DNA of 62,971 bases, filler included, from Conidiobolus incongruus B7586 (lineage: Eukaryota), in the NCBI GenBank assembly GCA_000697335.1. It is 17 parts of 17 records of this genome, joined end to end, with 100 filler letters (N's around TTAATTAATTAA, not from the genome) between each part and the next. Parts side by side here need not be neighbours in the genome. Positions count along the whole stretch, not along the records: positions 11,639 to 13,685 come from JNEM01000062.1; positions 13,786 to 24,897 come from JNEM01000063.1; positions 24,998 to 28,505 come from JNEM01000066.1; 14 more parts are not named here. One strand, 5' to 3'. The notes beneath the pieces were generated by a model, which was not told the DNA's origin, did no database searches, and was given only the letters and a program-made list of their open reading frames with translations. A program made the position numbers and the translations under genes. Positions 12,331 to 25,681 of the stretch are shown here, piece by piece (position 1 is the first letter of the stretch; the number at the start of each line of letters is the position of its first letter).

Positions 12331-15300
12331 TAATAAAAATTCAAATAAAATATATAAATATTTTAAATATAACTTATATATATATTAACTAAAAAAACTT
12401 ATAATATTTTCATTTTTATCTATTAATCTTTTTATTAATATACAAAACCTATAATTTATAATAATTATAATATTAACAACTAATATTTAATTAAAGATTA
12501 AATCAATAAAAGAAATATAGCTAATATAAATTTATATCCTTATATTAATTTTTTTACCATTTTTAAAAAATTATTATAATATAATAAAATTGATTTTAGT
12601 GTTTTATTAACTAGCAAAAAATAAAAAGAGTTTTGAGGTTGAAAAATCAAAACAACTATTATAAATTCTAATTAAATTATTTAATAAAAATTAGATATTA
12701 TTATCAAGTATCAATATTAATATAATAATATTCCACTAATTATTATCTGAAAAAAAGATTTAAAACTGGAATATATTTTCGATTTTCTAGCAAATAAGGT
12801 TATCTAATTATTTAAAGAGAATTTGAATTCAAAACCCATTTATTTTATATATTAATAGGTAAATATATATAGCAAACACTATCAGAGTTTTATTTATTAA
12901 AAAACTGGACTTTATTATCATATCCATATTATTCACTAAATATGAATTTTTGTGTTTATAATTGAATTGGTAAATTAAATTAAGAAAAATATTTATTGAT
13001 ATTTTAACTATAAATTTCAAAATTAAATATTTAATTTAAATCTTAAAAACATTTTTAAAGGATGAAAAAATTATCATTAATATGAAAAATTTTTGATAAA
13101 TTATTGGTAAGTTATGAAAAATTAAATTCATATTATTTTATTTTTATTTAATTATATTAAAATTTAAATTAAAAGTAAATAAAATAATTCTTTATACCTT
13201 AGTATTTTATATTTTAAAATCCATTTATTAATAAATATTTTTATTTATAATTTTAAATTATTTTATTAAATATTTAAGAAAATTATTAAAAAATAATATT
13301 GATTTATTTGTATTGTTTTTTATAATTTATATAAATTAGGTTATATATTTCTTATAATATAATATTAAAGTTTTTATATAATTTTTTTGCAATATTATAA
13401 TTATTTAATTTCAGAGATTATTATCTTAAAATTATTAGTTATTATTTTATTAATATATCCTGAATTAATTTTTTAATATTTAATATAAAATTTTCAAATT
13501 AATATAAATATTTTACTGTTATTTTTGATTATTTATTCTAGTAAGCTTAATAAAAAATAAAATTAATAATTATTTATTATCAAATTATTATTATTATTAT
13601 TGTTTAATATTCTAACAAAATGATTAATATTATCATTTTCCATATCATAAATTATATTATTAGATATATGTATACAATATAAATANNNNNNNNNNNNNNN
13701 NNNNNNNNNNNNNNNNNNNNNNNNNNNNNTTAATTAATTAANNNNNNNNNNNNNNNNNNNNNNNNNNNNNNNNNNNNNNNNNNNNTCAAATTATTAAATT
13801 TGATAAATAATAATGAATATAATGATATTTATTAATTTATAATTACCTTTTTATTTTTTTGTCACTAAAATTATCAATATTTAACTAAGTTATAGAATTA
13901 TCTATTGCAAAATATAAGTAAAAATATTTTAAACTTTTTAATTATTAATATTAAATTGATTATATTAAAACAAATTAGAATTAAATTTAATATAAATTTT
14001 TATAAAAAAATATATTTTAGATTAATATAAATAGTTTTAATAAAATTATTTGGTTATATCTTCATATCCAAATATTTATTTTATTATGAATATATATTAT
14101 TATGTTTTTCTGAGGTCAAAGCTTATATAAAAATCAGTAAAGGTAAAATCTAAGTCTATGTTTATTTTATGCTTTATTTAACAATATTAATTCATATCTT
14201 AAAAACCAGATATTATCTATCTATTACTGGATTTTCTAAATAAAAGTGAAATCAAGTAATGACAAATAACTTAGTAATTATAAGATAAATTGAAATTGTT
14301 CGATTAGATGATAATAGTATAAGTGGTTGGTAATAATATTAACATATATATGTAACTTATCAAAAAAGGAAATATCTTAAGATCTTATTATATATTTTAT
14401 CATATTTTTTATTAAGAACAATTTTTGTTTGAAAATTTATTAAAGATATATGACTGAATTATATCTTGCGAATTTGGATAAAATAAAATATGTAAATTAT
14501 TTTATTAAAAATACTGATAAAATGTTGTTTTAATAAAATATTTGGAATCCCAAAAATAATTTATTAAGGCTAAATCAATTATATTATATATCACCGATTT
14601 TCACTATTGTTTAATTAACTTATTCTCATTATTACACATATTTAGATTGCGATAAATCCTATCTGACCTGATCATTAATAAATCACTATTCTTTCGCATC
14701 TTATTTCAATATTATTTATTATTCATTATTTATATCAGTTTTTATTTAAAATTGGTCTAAAAAGATAATCAATGATTTCTGATTTTGGCTTTGTGTTACC
14801 ATGATTCTAGTAAATTTTATCATAATTCAATTTTAATAAACATTTGGATTTAATTGAAACAATTTATAAAAAAATTTATATTATTAAATATGAAGTAATA
14901 TATTGTTGAGAAATAATGAATTTTTAATAATATATTATTAGTAATAGAATCATATTATTTTCAATATTTTGCTAATTAATTCAATCAAATATTAGCTATT
15001 AATACCTGTGGCCAATAATTTGATTTTATATTCCAAATTATTTATTAAAATTAAGCTAATTTCAATTATCTTGGATGGTAACATATATAAATATATAATT
15101 TCATTAGTATCAACTTATTAATTTTCAATTTGAGCCTATTATTCTGTTTAATTCTAATAAATTATATAATAATATTATATATTAGTTTATTTTATTGAAT
15201 ATTAAATAAAATTATAGCAAATAATAATTTAAAAGTATTATATAATCTTATATCTTAATAAACTCCTTATTTAAAGAAAATAAATGATTAAATTTTAATA

Positions 15301-15757
15301 ATATATTTTTTTATTCTTATATTAATATTATTCTTCATATATTTTTAAAAATAATATTTTAATCTGTTTAAAAATCAAATATCATTTTAAAAGATATATT
15401 AGTAAGAGATAAATATCAAATTATGAAACTAATATATTTGTATTAGTTTTTAAGGATTACAGAGTAATACTTAATAACTTAATAATTAAACTATATCTAA
15501 TTCTTGAATAATTATCTTTTAAATTAGCTGGAAAATATATGGAAGAAAATTGATACTTTAAAGATAAATTCAAAATATCAAAAAATTATATATAAATTCA
15601 AATAAATTATAATATATATAGTAATATATATTATATTAAGTGATTTTATTATTAAGGGCAAATAATATATATTGTATATTGGCATTCAACTATGAAAACC
15701 GAAAAATGCTAAACCCTTAGTATATTTTAACTGGTATTATATTGTTGTAATGCTTGT

Positions 15758-16075
15758 TGCTAGCAATGGATAAGTAACTCAGGCAGGTAAGCTATTGCTT
15801 TTAAGTGACAATACTAAATTGAAGGCTTTATTGGGAGGATGAAAGGATGTTGTTAACTAGTGGGAGATGCGCTGATCTTCCCTGGTTAGACTTATGACAT
15901 CTATTCTTTTATAGTCTAATTGTCGGCTAAAGACAGTGTGTAGAGGCGAGATAGATCCTCCAAAGTATGAGACCTTTAGAATAGAGCGATCTGCCTTCCG
16001 GAGTAACATTCCCATAGGGAAATAGATGGCAAGGCAAAGACACTCTGTCAAGTCACCATCTAGGCAGCCATAGCA
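15758..16075 (-). mobile_element. GC-rich non-coding island, probable solo LTR
   Basis: Bounded by a TGCTA...TAGCA inverted 5-mer. On the minus strand GACTATAAAAG (15916-15906) precedes AATAAA (15832-15827). No credible ORF. Flanks CTTGT/CTATT are only an imperfect target-site duplication. Confidence 0.45.
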
Positions 16076-17888
16076 CTATTTGATATTTCAAAGAAATTTC
16101 ATTTATTTTCCAATAATTTTTGATCATAAATCTGATTTATAATTATTTTTTTGACTAATAACCATGGCTTAACACTTGTTCTTATATTTTATCAAATTCT
16201 TAAACATTTACTTATTACAATTTATCTCATTAATAATCATACTTTTTATTATTCATTATCAAATAATATAAGTATTATTTTTTTATCCTATTAACTAATT
16301 TGTGTTTAAATCGAATTTAATTTATTTTTGAAAATCCATCTTTGCATTACCCTATATATTTTCTTTTATGGTTACAACTGTATTTATTTAAATTATCAAC
16401 TAAGTTCCTATATCAATAGAGATAACATGAAAATATAGCAATCACAATATGAAAACAAGTTTAACTAGATTTATGATTGTTAGGTAATAGCATTATATAT
16501 TATTTTTAAGGAAAAATTAAGAAAAATTAAAACTGAAAATTATTCAAAATACAGAGTAAAAAATTTAAATTTAATTAAATAGTCGATCTTTTGACTTTAT
16601 TAGCAACTTGAATGATATTACCATTAAAATATATTAAGTCATTGACCAATTATTGTTTCGTCTAATATCAGAAATATTGGTTATAAGTTGTTGACCTAAT
16701 TGTTTATTTATGGAACTTAAAACTTTCAAACTAATGTTTTTTCCATGATCTTGGTTATAAATTGAAAATCAAAGTATTTTGAAATATAATATAATTGCAT
16801 AACTTGCTAGATAAATATTTTAAAATCGATGTTAACTTAATTTTTTATTGCAATATAAAAAAACTTCAAAAAAATCTAAATATATACCATGTTATTGGCA
16901 TTTGTATTTAAAAATTATTCAATGCTTAATAATTTTGGAATAGATTCATAGAAAATTTAAAATACAAATATTTTGGTTTGGTATTTGTCTATATTATAAC
17001 TTAAAAATATATTGTGTCATTCATTTCCAATAATGAATATATCTAATTTATTGAATTGATATCATTAATGATGTAATATTGATTTTTATTTTACATTTTA
17101 TTTTATAATTTATCATCAATATTGATATGAGTTTGATTTATCTATTCATTATCTGTTTTCGTGGTAATGTATTGACAGTACGAATAATATTCAAATACCG
17201 TCTTTTTTCTATGAAGCTATGATTTGTTTTATTAATATAATAATTTCTATCATACTCAACTTATTTTGAATTATTAACAAGATCACATTACAAAGTATGC
17301 TTTGGTCAAATTATATTCTATAAACTTTATTATCAAAGCATACTGTAATTTATAAACTGATACGTTATAGATTTAGAATTATATAATTAAGTAATCACTT
17401 TTTAAAATTTCTTATAAGATTTAAAATTTTAATTTTATATATTTTTAACTGGATTCAACTGGATAAATCTATAGTATTATTCAAAGATAAGCAAATATTG
17501 TGAAGATTGATTTCTATTTATCAACTATTATTACTAATTTTTTTATCATTTGATTAATATCAAATTTTATTTTAATGATTATTTTTTATAATAATTATAC
17601 TTTCTAATCAAGTAATATATTCTATTGATATTTATTTTAACTATAATCATATTGAATACTATATTATATAATTTAATTTTAATTTATTATTTAAATCTTT
17701 ACTCGGGAAAAATAATTATTAAACTACAAATATAAATTATATTTTAATAATTTTCATTCAACTATATTAATTTAATTTTTAAAATGAAAAAAATTGTATT
17801 TAATTAAAAAAATTTATTTTATTATAATTAAAAAAGTCCTTGAATCTGAATTAAATTAAAATATTATTATTAAAAATAAAAATTAAAT

Positions 17889-20800
17889 TTATGAGAATCG
17901 AGTTCGACTCAAACTCATTGGCATTAAACTTTCGAATCTTCTGAGACCAGTGGAAGGGATCGAGGTGAAGATTTCTGTGGGGATTAGTCGGATAGCGACA
18001 CCAACGGGAAGGGACAGAAAACCGATAGCTAGGCAAATGCCCCAGTCAGAGCCTTGCAGAGGGATGGTTTGGAAAACGATTTGGCCGAATTGAATGATAA
18101 TCACTTGGACGATTGCGGTACAGATCCAAATCACAATGAAGTAAGCGTTTTTGTGGATGTCCTTGAATACATTGAAGTTGCCAGTGACGCTGCGCGAGTT
18201 GATCTCATTGAACAGTTGGCACCAAACGAATGTGTTAAAGACCATAGTACGGAGTTCAGGATTGTTATATCCGAGAGTATATAGTGGGGTTTGGAATTTC
18301 GATGCAGCTCCATACAAAAGGGAGAAGATGGCAATAAGTTGGAAAATTGCTTGACCGATGATCATCTTCCACATAGTTGGTGTAATCAAACTAGCTTTTC
18401 TAGAATCGGGAGGTCGATTGAGAAGTTCGGGGTTAGGAGCGTCGGTAGCAAGAGCAAGAGCTGCAAAAGTATTCATAATCAAATTGATCCAAAGGAGTTG
18501 AATGGCACTGAGTGCTGAACCGTCTTTTGGATCGACAACAGCTGTAACGAAAGTGATGATAACTGCAGAGACATTGACAGTAAGCTGGAATTGTAAGAAT
18601 TTCTTAATGGATTCATTGACCATTCTACCCCATACGATAGCTTTAACAATGGAAGCAAAGTTATCATCCATCAGAATAATAGAAGATGCTTCCTTAGCTA
18701 CTTCAGTTCCGGCGATACCCATACTAAATCCTACATCAGCAACCTTGAGAGCTGGACCATCGTTTGTACCATCACCAGTAACAGCAACAGTCTGACCCAA
18801 ATGCTTCAATCTCATAACTAATTTCATCTTATCCTCAGGAGAAGATCTCGCCAAAACTCTCAATCTTGGCAAAATTTCATCCATTTCATCATCAGACAAC
18901 TTTCTAAAGTCTGGACCTTCCATAACAATAGCACCTTCACGGTAGATACCACATTTGGTAGCGATAGCTTTAGCGGTTAACACATTGTCACCAGTGACCA
19001 TTCTGACGATGACACCAGCTCTGCGACATTGTTCGACAGCTTCAGTGACACCTTCACGCAAAGGATCTTCAATACCGACGATACCGATCAGTGTCCAATC
19101 CGCGCGATTCAGCAACAAGTCCTCCCAAAATTTGGCTGAATCGTCTTCATCCAAATTACCTAATTGCTCCAACTGGTCGTTCGTTAGAGTAATATCGTGC
19201 ATCGCTAATCCAATAGTTCTGAGGGATTGGTTAGCGTATTCTGAAATTCTTTGCCCGAGAGCTGCTTTGGTTTGGGCGTCGATTTCTCTAGTAACGAAAT
19301 TGGGCTCCTCCAAAACTTCGGGGGGATTAGATAATTTGGATTCTCGTACTTCAATTAATTTATCACATTTAGAGAGTACTATTTCGGAAGCTCCCTTAAC
19401 GAACAATCTGTAGTAGGTTTGTTTATCCTGGGTGACTTTGATGATTGTTGACATAGTCTTACGTGCACTGCTGAATGGCCACACTTGGACGAGAGGGTAG
19501 TGATGACGAATTTCCGCGACTGGTACAGATCCCAAATCTTTGGTGAGGCCAAGGAGAGCGCATTCAGTTTTGGATCCTTGGAAGGATAGAGCACCGTTCT
19601 CGTCTTTGGTTTCGAAGGCGGTGGAATTTACACTGATTCCGTCGATTAGCAAGTTTAACACGTTAGGTGGAAGAGACTTTTTGAGATCTTCAAGAGTTAA
19701 TGGAGTATGATGTGAGATCACTTCAACATCGGGGGTTCTTCGGAATTGGGTACCGGTACCGATAGTACCAACCACAACCGTCATCTTGTTCTGAGTCAAA
19801 GTACCTGTTTTATCAGAGCAAACTGTAGTAGCACCTCCCATCGTTTCACAGGCTGCCAAAACTCTTACCAAGTTGTTATCTCTCATCATACGTACAGTTG
19901 CAAAAGCCAAAGAGATGGTTACAGCTAATGGAAGACCTTCAGGCACTGTGACGACGACAATAGTCACTACAGATACCAAAATTTTGACTAAAGCTTCAGC
20001 GATAGCGTCAGCTTCGTGCGGCTGATGATTCCAGTTTGCGAAATAAATAGCCAATCGGGTGATGAGCATGATTAATGCAACCGAGAGTCCAACTTTAGCG
20101 ATTCTACCCGCTAAAATTGCCAATTTCACTTGTAGGGGTGTGTTTTCGGGCTCGGTACGCAAATTCATCAGAATTTTACCAAAGAAGCTTCGTTCTCCAA
20201 CACTGGTGACCACATACTCGCCAACGCCTTCCAAGACGCTTGAACCACTGAGGATGAAGGGATCAGTGTGCTTCTGGATGGGTACGCTCTTGTTGCTGAC
20301 GATCATATCGCGAACAATTTCGATATCGTCTTCGCTGATTTGAGTATCGGTTTGATTTGTGGCTTCCTTCTTCTGGGCGAGTGCAACATTTCTAATAATA
20401 TCTTCATATGGAATCTTGGTAATCGCGTCAGTTTCTCCGGTTGCAGAACTCTCGTCACAGTGGAGATTGTGGGATGAAATTACGACACCGTCAGCGGCAA
20501 TAACATCACCAGGTTCCAAGTGAACGATATCCCCGACGACTAGATCAAAAATAGAGATCATTTGAACTTTGCCATCTCTCGTCACCTTGATTTCTCTCTC
20601 TTCTTTCTTGGCATTGAGTTTCTGGAATTGTTTCTCTTTACGGTAGTCGTTCAAACTACTTACCATCACGACGATTGCTACAGCCACTAGAATGGCTAGA
20701 CCTTCGACAAAGTGTAGCTTTGGCACCGGTATTTCAACAATTTCGCCGTCCCTTTCAATCCTGGTGGTTCCATTAGTACCGACATCTTCATAAATACCAA

Positions 20801-21149
20801 CAGCTAGCGAGACCACAGCTGCCATGGAGAGTAAAATGAGGGTTTTATCCTTAATCGTCCTAAGCATCAGCTCCCATAAAGATTTCGTCCTAACTGGAGG
20901 CAATCTATTTGCTCCATAAACCTTCTGACGTATCGAAGGGTTTTGTTGCGTTCCGTGGGCTTCTGCGGAACTTAGGCCGAGATGTTTATCTGTTTTTAGC
21001 CCTTTTAAAATACCATCAATTCCTTGAAAACTCCCGAGCAGAGAAATATTCTTGGGGTCGATTAGAGCTTGAAGTTCTTCTGGGGAATAGTCGAAACCAT
21101 GATCGTTATCCCAACCACCCTGTACCGCTCTTTCTTTACCTTGAGTCAT
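17889..21149 (-). CDS. PMC1: P-type IIB Ca2+-transporting ATPase (vacuolar PMC1/PMCA-like), single exon, 1086 aa
   Basis: DESSATGE, VPEGLPLAVT, CSDKTGTLT, KGASE, MVTGDN, VAVTGDGTNDGPALK, KFLQFQLTVN and QLFNEINSR motifs. Confidence 0.95.
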   Translation of the reverse strand: MTQGKERAVQGGWDNDHGFDYSPEELQALIDPKNISLLGSFQGIDGILKGLKTDKHLGLSSAEAHGTQQNPSIRQKVYGANRLPPVRTKSLWELMLRTIKDKTLILLSMAAVVSLAVGIYEDVGTNGTTRIERDGEIVEIPVPKLHFVEGLAILVAVAIVVMVSSLNDYRKEKQFQKLNAKKEEREIKVTRDGKVQMISIFDLVVGDIVHLEPGDVIAADGVVISSHNLHCDESSATGETDAITKIPYEDIIRNVALAQKKEATNQTDTQISEDDIEIVRDMIVSNKSVPIQKHTDPFILSGSSVLEGVGEYVVTSVGERSFFGKILMNLRTEPENTPLQVKLAILAGRIAKVGLSVALIMLITRLAIYFANWNHQPHEADAIAEALVKILVSVVTIVVVTVPEGLPLAVTISLAFATVRMMRDNNLVRVLAACETMGGATTVCSDKTGTLTQNKMTVVVGTIGTGTQFRRTPDVEVISHHTPLTLEDLKKSLPPNVLNLLIDGISVNSTAFETKDENGALSFQGSKTECALLGLTKDLGSVPVAEIRHHYPLVQVWPFSSARKTMSTIIKVTQDKQTYYRLFVKGASEIVLSKCDKLIEVRESKLSNPPEVLEEPNFVTREIDAQTKAALGQRISEYANQSLRTIGLAMHDITLTNDQLEQLGNLDEDDSAKFWEDLLLNRADWTLIGIVGIEDPLREGVTEAVEQCRRAGVIVRMVTGDNVLTAKAIATKCGIYREGAIVMEGPDFRKLSDDEMDEILPRLRVLARSSPEDKMKLVMRLKHLGQTVAVTGDGTNDGPALKVADVGFSMGIAGTEVAKEASSIILMDDNFASIVKAIVWGRMVNESIKKFLQFQLTVNVSAVIITFVTAVVDPKDGSALSAIQLLWINLIMNTFAALALATDAPNPELLNRPPDSRKASLITPTMWKMIIGQAIFQLIAIFSLLYGAASKFQTPLYTLGYNNPELRTMVFNTFVWCQLFNEINSRSVTGNFNVFKDIHKNAYFIVIWICTAIVQVIIIQFGQIVFQTIPLQGSDWGICLAIGFLSLPVGVAIRLIPTEIFTSIPSTGLRRFESLMPMSLSRTRFS

Positions 21150-23941
21150 TATTTACAGTTTTCAATGATTACCTATATCACTAATAGGAATCAATATAAA
21201 ATTAACTAGAGTAATTCCATCGCAAGCGATTACATCCATGTGTTTATAAATCCCAAAATCCAACCTTACGGTTATGCTAATGATGAAATCATATCAGTTA
21301 CAATAATCAATTTCCATAACCCGTTTATTCCAATTTTGGTAATTTTTGTCATTTGTCTTTTTATCTATAATTCCTTTATCCACTACCCACAATATTCTAA
21401 ATAGAATTTTTGTAACAATTTTTAATATCTTGTAGTCAGATTCTGGGAAAAAATTGGGTGATAGGATGGTAAATATTGATGAAGTTGGATTTTTGGAGTG
21501 TTTTTCGATGGATACTTTGGGTCCGACCGACGAATTGGGATGGATTGATAGAATATAATGCATCCTTGGTAGTGTTTAATTGGTCGTTAATTAATTGGTA
21601 GTAATAGTTTGGAATTCTTTTTAATGTTTTAAATCTCCACATTGTCATATTAATATTAATTTATTATAGCTATTTTAACATATATTCCTATGTTAAAAAT
21701 GTGAATATATATATATATATTTATATAATATTTATATTAAATTCCAGAATGCTGGATTTCAATAACAATATGTGGTATATTTAAGAAATATTATAATAAT
21801 AGTTTTGCCATATGGCCCTTAAAGATATTTTAAGTGTTTTAATGTGTTACCTAAATTGCGTCAGTTGTATTGAATTTGTGTAGGATCTCACATTTTAAGA
21901 CAATAAAAATGCTTAATTATGAAATTAATGGTCATTGCACAATATAATTGAATTGTTCTATTTTAAATAGAATTGATTTGATTGTTCATAAAATATTTCT
22001 ATTAATAAAATGTGATCAACTTTGAGAGAAAATTGAATAAAGATTGAATGATATATAGACGTTAGAAAATGTGATTATAATTGACAACCAATGGTTTCTT
22101 CTAAAGACGGTAGTATATATCTTTCATTTTTAGCTTTTCAATCAATTTAGACTATTATTGAAAATGATTGCCTTAATATTTATAATTTCTAAATAATGGA
22201 TTATCCATAATTAATTTAGTTCTCTTGTATATTATAAACACGGAGTTAGCGTCAAATTGCCATTTTTCAATCAATTTCATGAAAAATATCATAAAATAGT
22301 CATAAATAACACAATCGAATATATATATATATATTTATACCAACAATGATTTTTGGAAATATAATTTTAATAATCTGAAAATGTATTAATCCCTCAATTC
22401 ACATTATCAAGAAAGGCAAATTTTAAACCTATATGATATCCAATTTGTTTTCCACTCTAAATCTTTAACCGAATATCTGTGAGACTGAAAAAACTATAAT
22501 TTTGCTATGTTTCCATTTATAAACTGCATCGATTCCTGTTGCTATAATCACCTCAAATATCAATATTTATGGAAATTTAATTTTCACAAATCAAATACCA
22601 TATTGCTTTTGTATTGAGCATTAATTAACTTTCAAATTTACCTTATTAGTAATATTAATCATGTAATAGATAAGCATTACTATATCTGTTTTGATTTGTT
22701 TTATTTGGACTCAATATTATTTAACAAAATTTTTATCACTTAATTATCCGTGTTAAATTTGATAAATATTTGAAAAACTATAATCATACCATACTATATT
22801 TAAGCTCAGCATAATTCTTTCCAATAACTACTAATAATATCTTTCATTGATATATATTTATTGCATTATAATTTATAAAAATAAAATGATTTGATATATC
22901 TTCTAATCATTCAGATATTTGGCAAAGTTATTTGTTAACCTTGATACATAATTGAATAACTTAATAATTCAAAATTTTATATTGAATAATTAAAAAATAA
23001 ATAAAGAATATATGAAAATGATCGTAATATTTAATATCAATTGAATTTATTTATTTTTTAATTTATATTCTTTGATTTCAATCATTATTTAATTCTAAAT
23101 TAAATTATTTTATTCTTGAATATTAACCATTTTTTGGTATTTTGAGAATATATATATACGGTCGCTATATATTCATAATAGTATTAAATTAATTAATTGA
23201 TGTTTATAAATAAATAAAATTATAAAATAGCTTAGTAGAGATAGTATTCAATATATACTATTTTGTAAGAAATTTGTCAGGAAATTAAACTTTCAATGTA
23301 TTAAAATTTTCTTAAAGTTTATAATATCAATATTCATATGTAGAGCTTTTGGAATTTTTATAACTTTTTCATTTCATTTTATCAATAAAATTTCCAATAT
23401 TATTAATTTTTTGCATAATTAAATTTTTAGGTTATTTGATTGAAAAACATTTAAACTGTATTATAATAATTTTAAGTTTTTTGATTACTTTTTAATGCTT
23501 GTCATTCAATTAGAAATATTAATTTTAAATTATAATAATGTAAGATTTAAACATTTAGCTGTAATTATATTGCTTGATAAGTAATATTTTGTATTGTAAT
23601 GAAATTGATCTATATATAAATAATATCATATTAGAAAATTTTATAAGGGATTTCTGTTATTAAAATAATTTAACTATTTCTGTTTAAACCAAACTTTTCT
23701 TATATAATATATTATATATAATATAACTTTGCTGTCATTACCTTTAAATATTTAATCTTATTTATTATACTCTTAAATTATTAATATTCCAATTTACAAA
23801 ATATGAAAATTATATGAATTTTTATATTAATTTGATTTTAATATCTTTTTAACTATATTATATATATATAATATTTTATATTAATAAATTATTTTTCAAA
23901 TATTAATATAATATAAATAAAAAATTAAACTCTTTTTATAT

Positions 23942-24275
23942 TGCAAGGCTTCTGGAAAGTAGTCTTGCGATAAAGATCACGTGAGTTCGATGAAACGGGC
24001 CAAAGACAACAAATAAGATACTTTAGAGGAGTTTTATTAAAATATCAAGATGTAGTGCTTGGCCCTGATCGAAGTGATCGTCCAGCAAATGTCTGTCCAG
24101 TGACTACTTTGTAGTGTTGTTGATCCTTTTCGAATATGTTGAAGCTCTAACTTCTGTTATAGTCTGGAATTTTCCATTGTGCAAGGGTTGTTCCTGATAT
24201 TTGTGAGTGGATTACATCCGGAATCTTGACGGACAGTTAAAGTTGAAAGGCGAGTGGACCTCCCGATCCGCGACA
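23942..24275 (-). mobile_element. 334-bp GC-rich island, probable solo LTR
   Basis: TG...CA ends (minus strand TGTCGCGG...CCTTGCA), with ATAT on both sides (23938-23941 and 24276-24279). On the minus strand AGACTATAA (24165-24157) precedes AATAAA (24038-24033). No long ORF. Sharp GC boundary against very AT-rich flanks. Confidence 0.55.
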
Positions 24276-25681
24276 ATATTAATTTTGATATTTTTATTAT
24301 TATTATTATTATTAGTTATAAAAAATTTTGAACTTTAATATATTTGCTCTAAAATAAAAATAAAATTTTTTGATTATTTTTAAATTAAATACAAAATATT
24401 AAAGGTACTTTTTATTTATACCCTTTTTATACTAAAAATTTAAATTAATATTAATTAATAATATTTTCTTTGATTTTGATATTAAATGTTTGAATTAATG
24501 ATTTTGATGCTAATTTAAAGATCACTCTTTATTAAAACTAATATATAAAACTTTAAATATAAATCATTATAGGGTAAACTATAAACAGAAACATATATTT
24601 ATATGTTTTTTGAAATAATATAAATTTAAAATATTTTAATTAATAATATAATTTGGTTTATATAAATAAATTATTAATATTTTATAATAACTTATCATCT
24701 ATTTAATACTCAAAAAGATATATTTGAAATTATTTAATTTCAAATTATTTCGATTTTAAATAATCTTATTATATTAAATTATAATTTTTTAATAATTTTA
24801 ATGTTTAGTTTTATTAAATATTCTTGAAATGTTTTTTAAACTAAATTAAAAACTTTAAAATATAACTTTATATTGTTAATATCTATAAATAATTTTCNNN
24901 NNNNNNNNNNNNNNNNNNNNNNNNNNNNNNNNNNNNNNNNNTTAATTAATTAANNNNNNNNNNNNNNNNNNNNNNNNNNNNNNNNNNNNNNNNNNNNGTA
25001 TTTTTAATATAATTTCAAAATATTTAATATTTTGTATAATAATCTTAAAGTTTATAAAGCTGAAGTTATAAAATATTTTGTAACTGAAAAAATTAAGAAA
25101 ACCAATTATATTTAGTATACTTATTATATTATATCTATATTATTATAATTACCTTAAAAAATTAAAAAAATAGCTTATAAAAGAGAAAATTTCAATAAAA
25201 ATATAAAATTAGTTTAAAAAAGTCAAATTTTATTTTTTATTATAATATCTATTTTTTAAGAGTTTGAAATTTAAAAAAAATACTGCAAAAAGTGAACAAT
25301 AATAAAAATAAGAATGTTTTTACATTATATATTTATTATTATAACCTATATATAATAATCCTTATTTATTTTTAATCTAAAAAATTCTTATTATTTGAAA
25401 TCTAAATTAAAATATTAATAAACTTTGTATTAATTATTTATGAAAAATATTCAATGAAATAAAGGTTTAAGTATAAAATTTATAGTATTATATAATACAC
25501 TGTAAATTATAAATTTTAGTACTTTATTTTTTTCTGCTTTTAACATTTATAATTTTGTTTATATTGAATATTAGAAATTAAATTTTTTCAAAATTATTAT
25601 ACAAAAATTAAATTTAATTTGATAAATTCTTTTATTAAACTTTCAAAATTAAAACGAGATGTTGCAAGTTGACAAAATGGT

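Noticed and set aside
15681..15720. Telomerase RNA template-like CTAAACCCTTAG after a GGCATT/AATGCT stem
   Set aside because: The telomere repeat of this organism is unknown, no clear pseudoknot or CR4/5 is visible, and the adjacent island is better explained as an LTR.
15763..15793. U1 snRNA-like CTTACCTG and CTTATCCATTGC on the minus strand
   Set aside because: Spacing is far too short, with no stem-loop I (U1-70K loop) or proper Sm-site context.
15868..15884. RNase P CR-I-like GGGAAGATCAGCG on the minus strand
   Set aside because: No complementary P4 partner or CR-V downstream.
17851..21184. Many short ORFs overlapping PMC1 (likewise those overlapping the MFS, MCM2, KEP and 59.2-kb genes)
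   Set aside because: Antisense or alternate-frame shadows of real genes, with no motifs of their own.
23986..24073. Hammerhead ribozyme (GAAAC ... CTGATCGA)
   Set aside because: The core is not CUGANGA and the elements sit inside a simple hairpin with the wrong topology.
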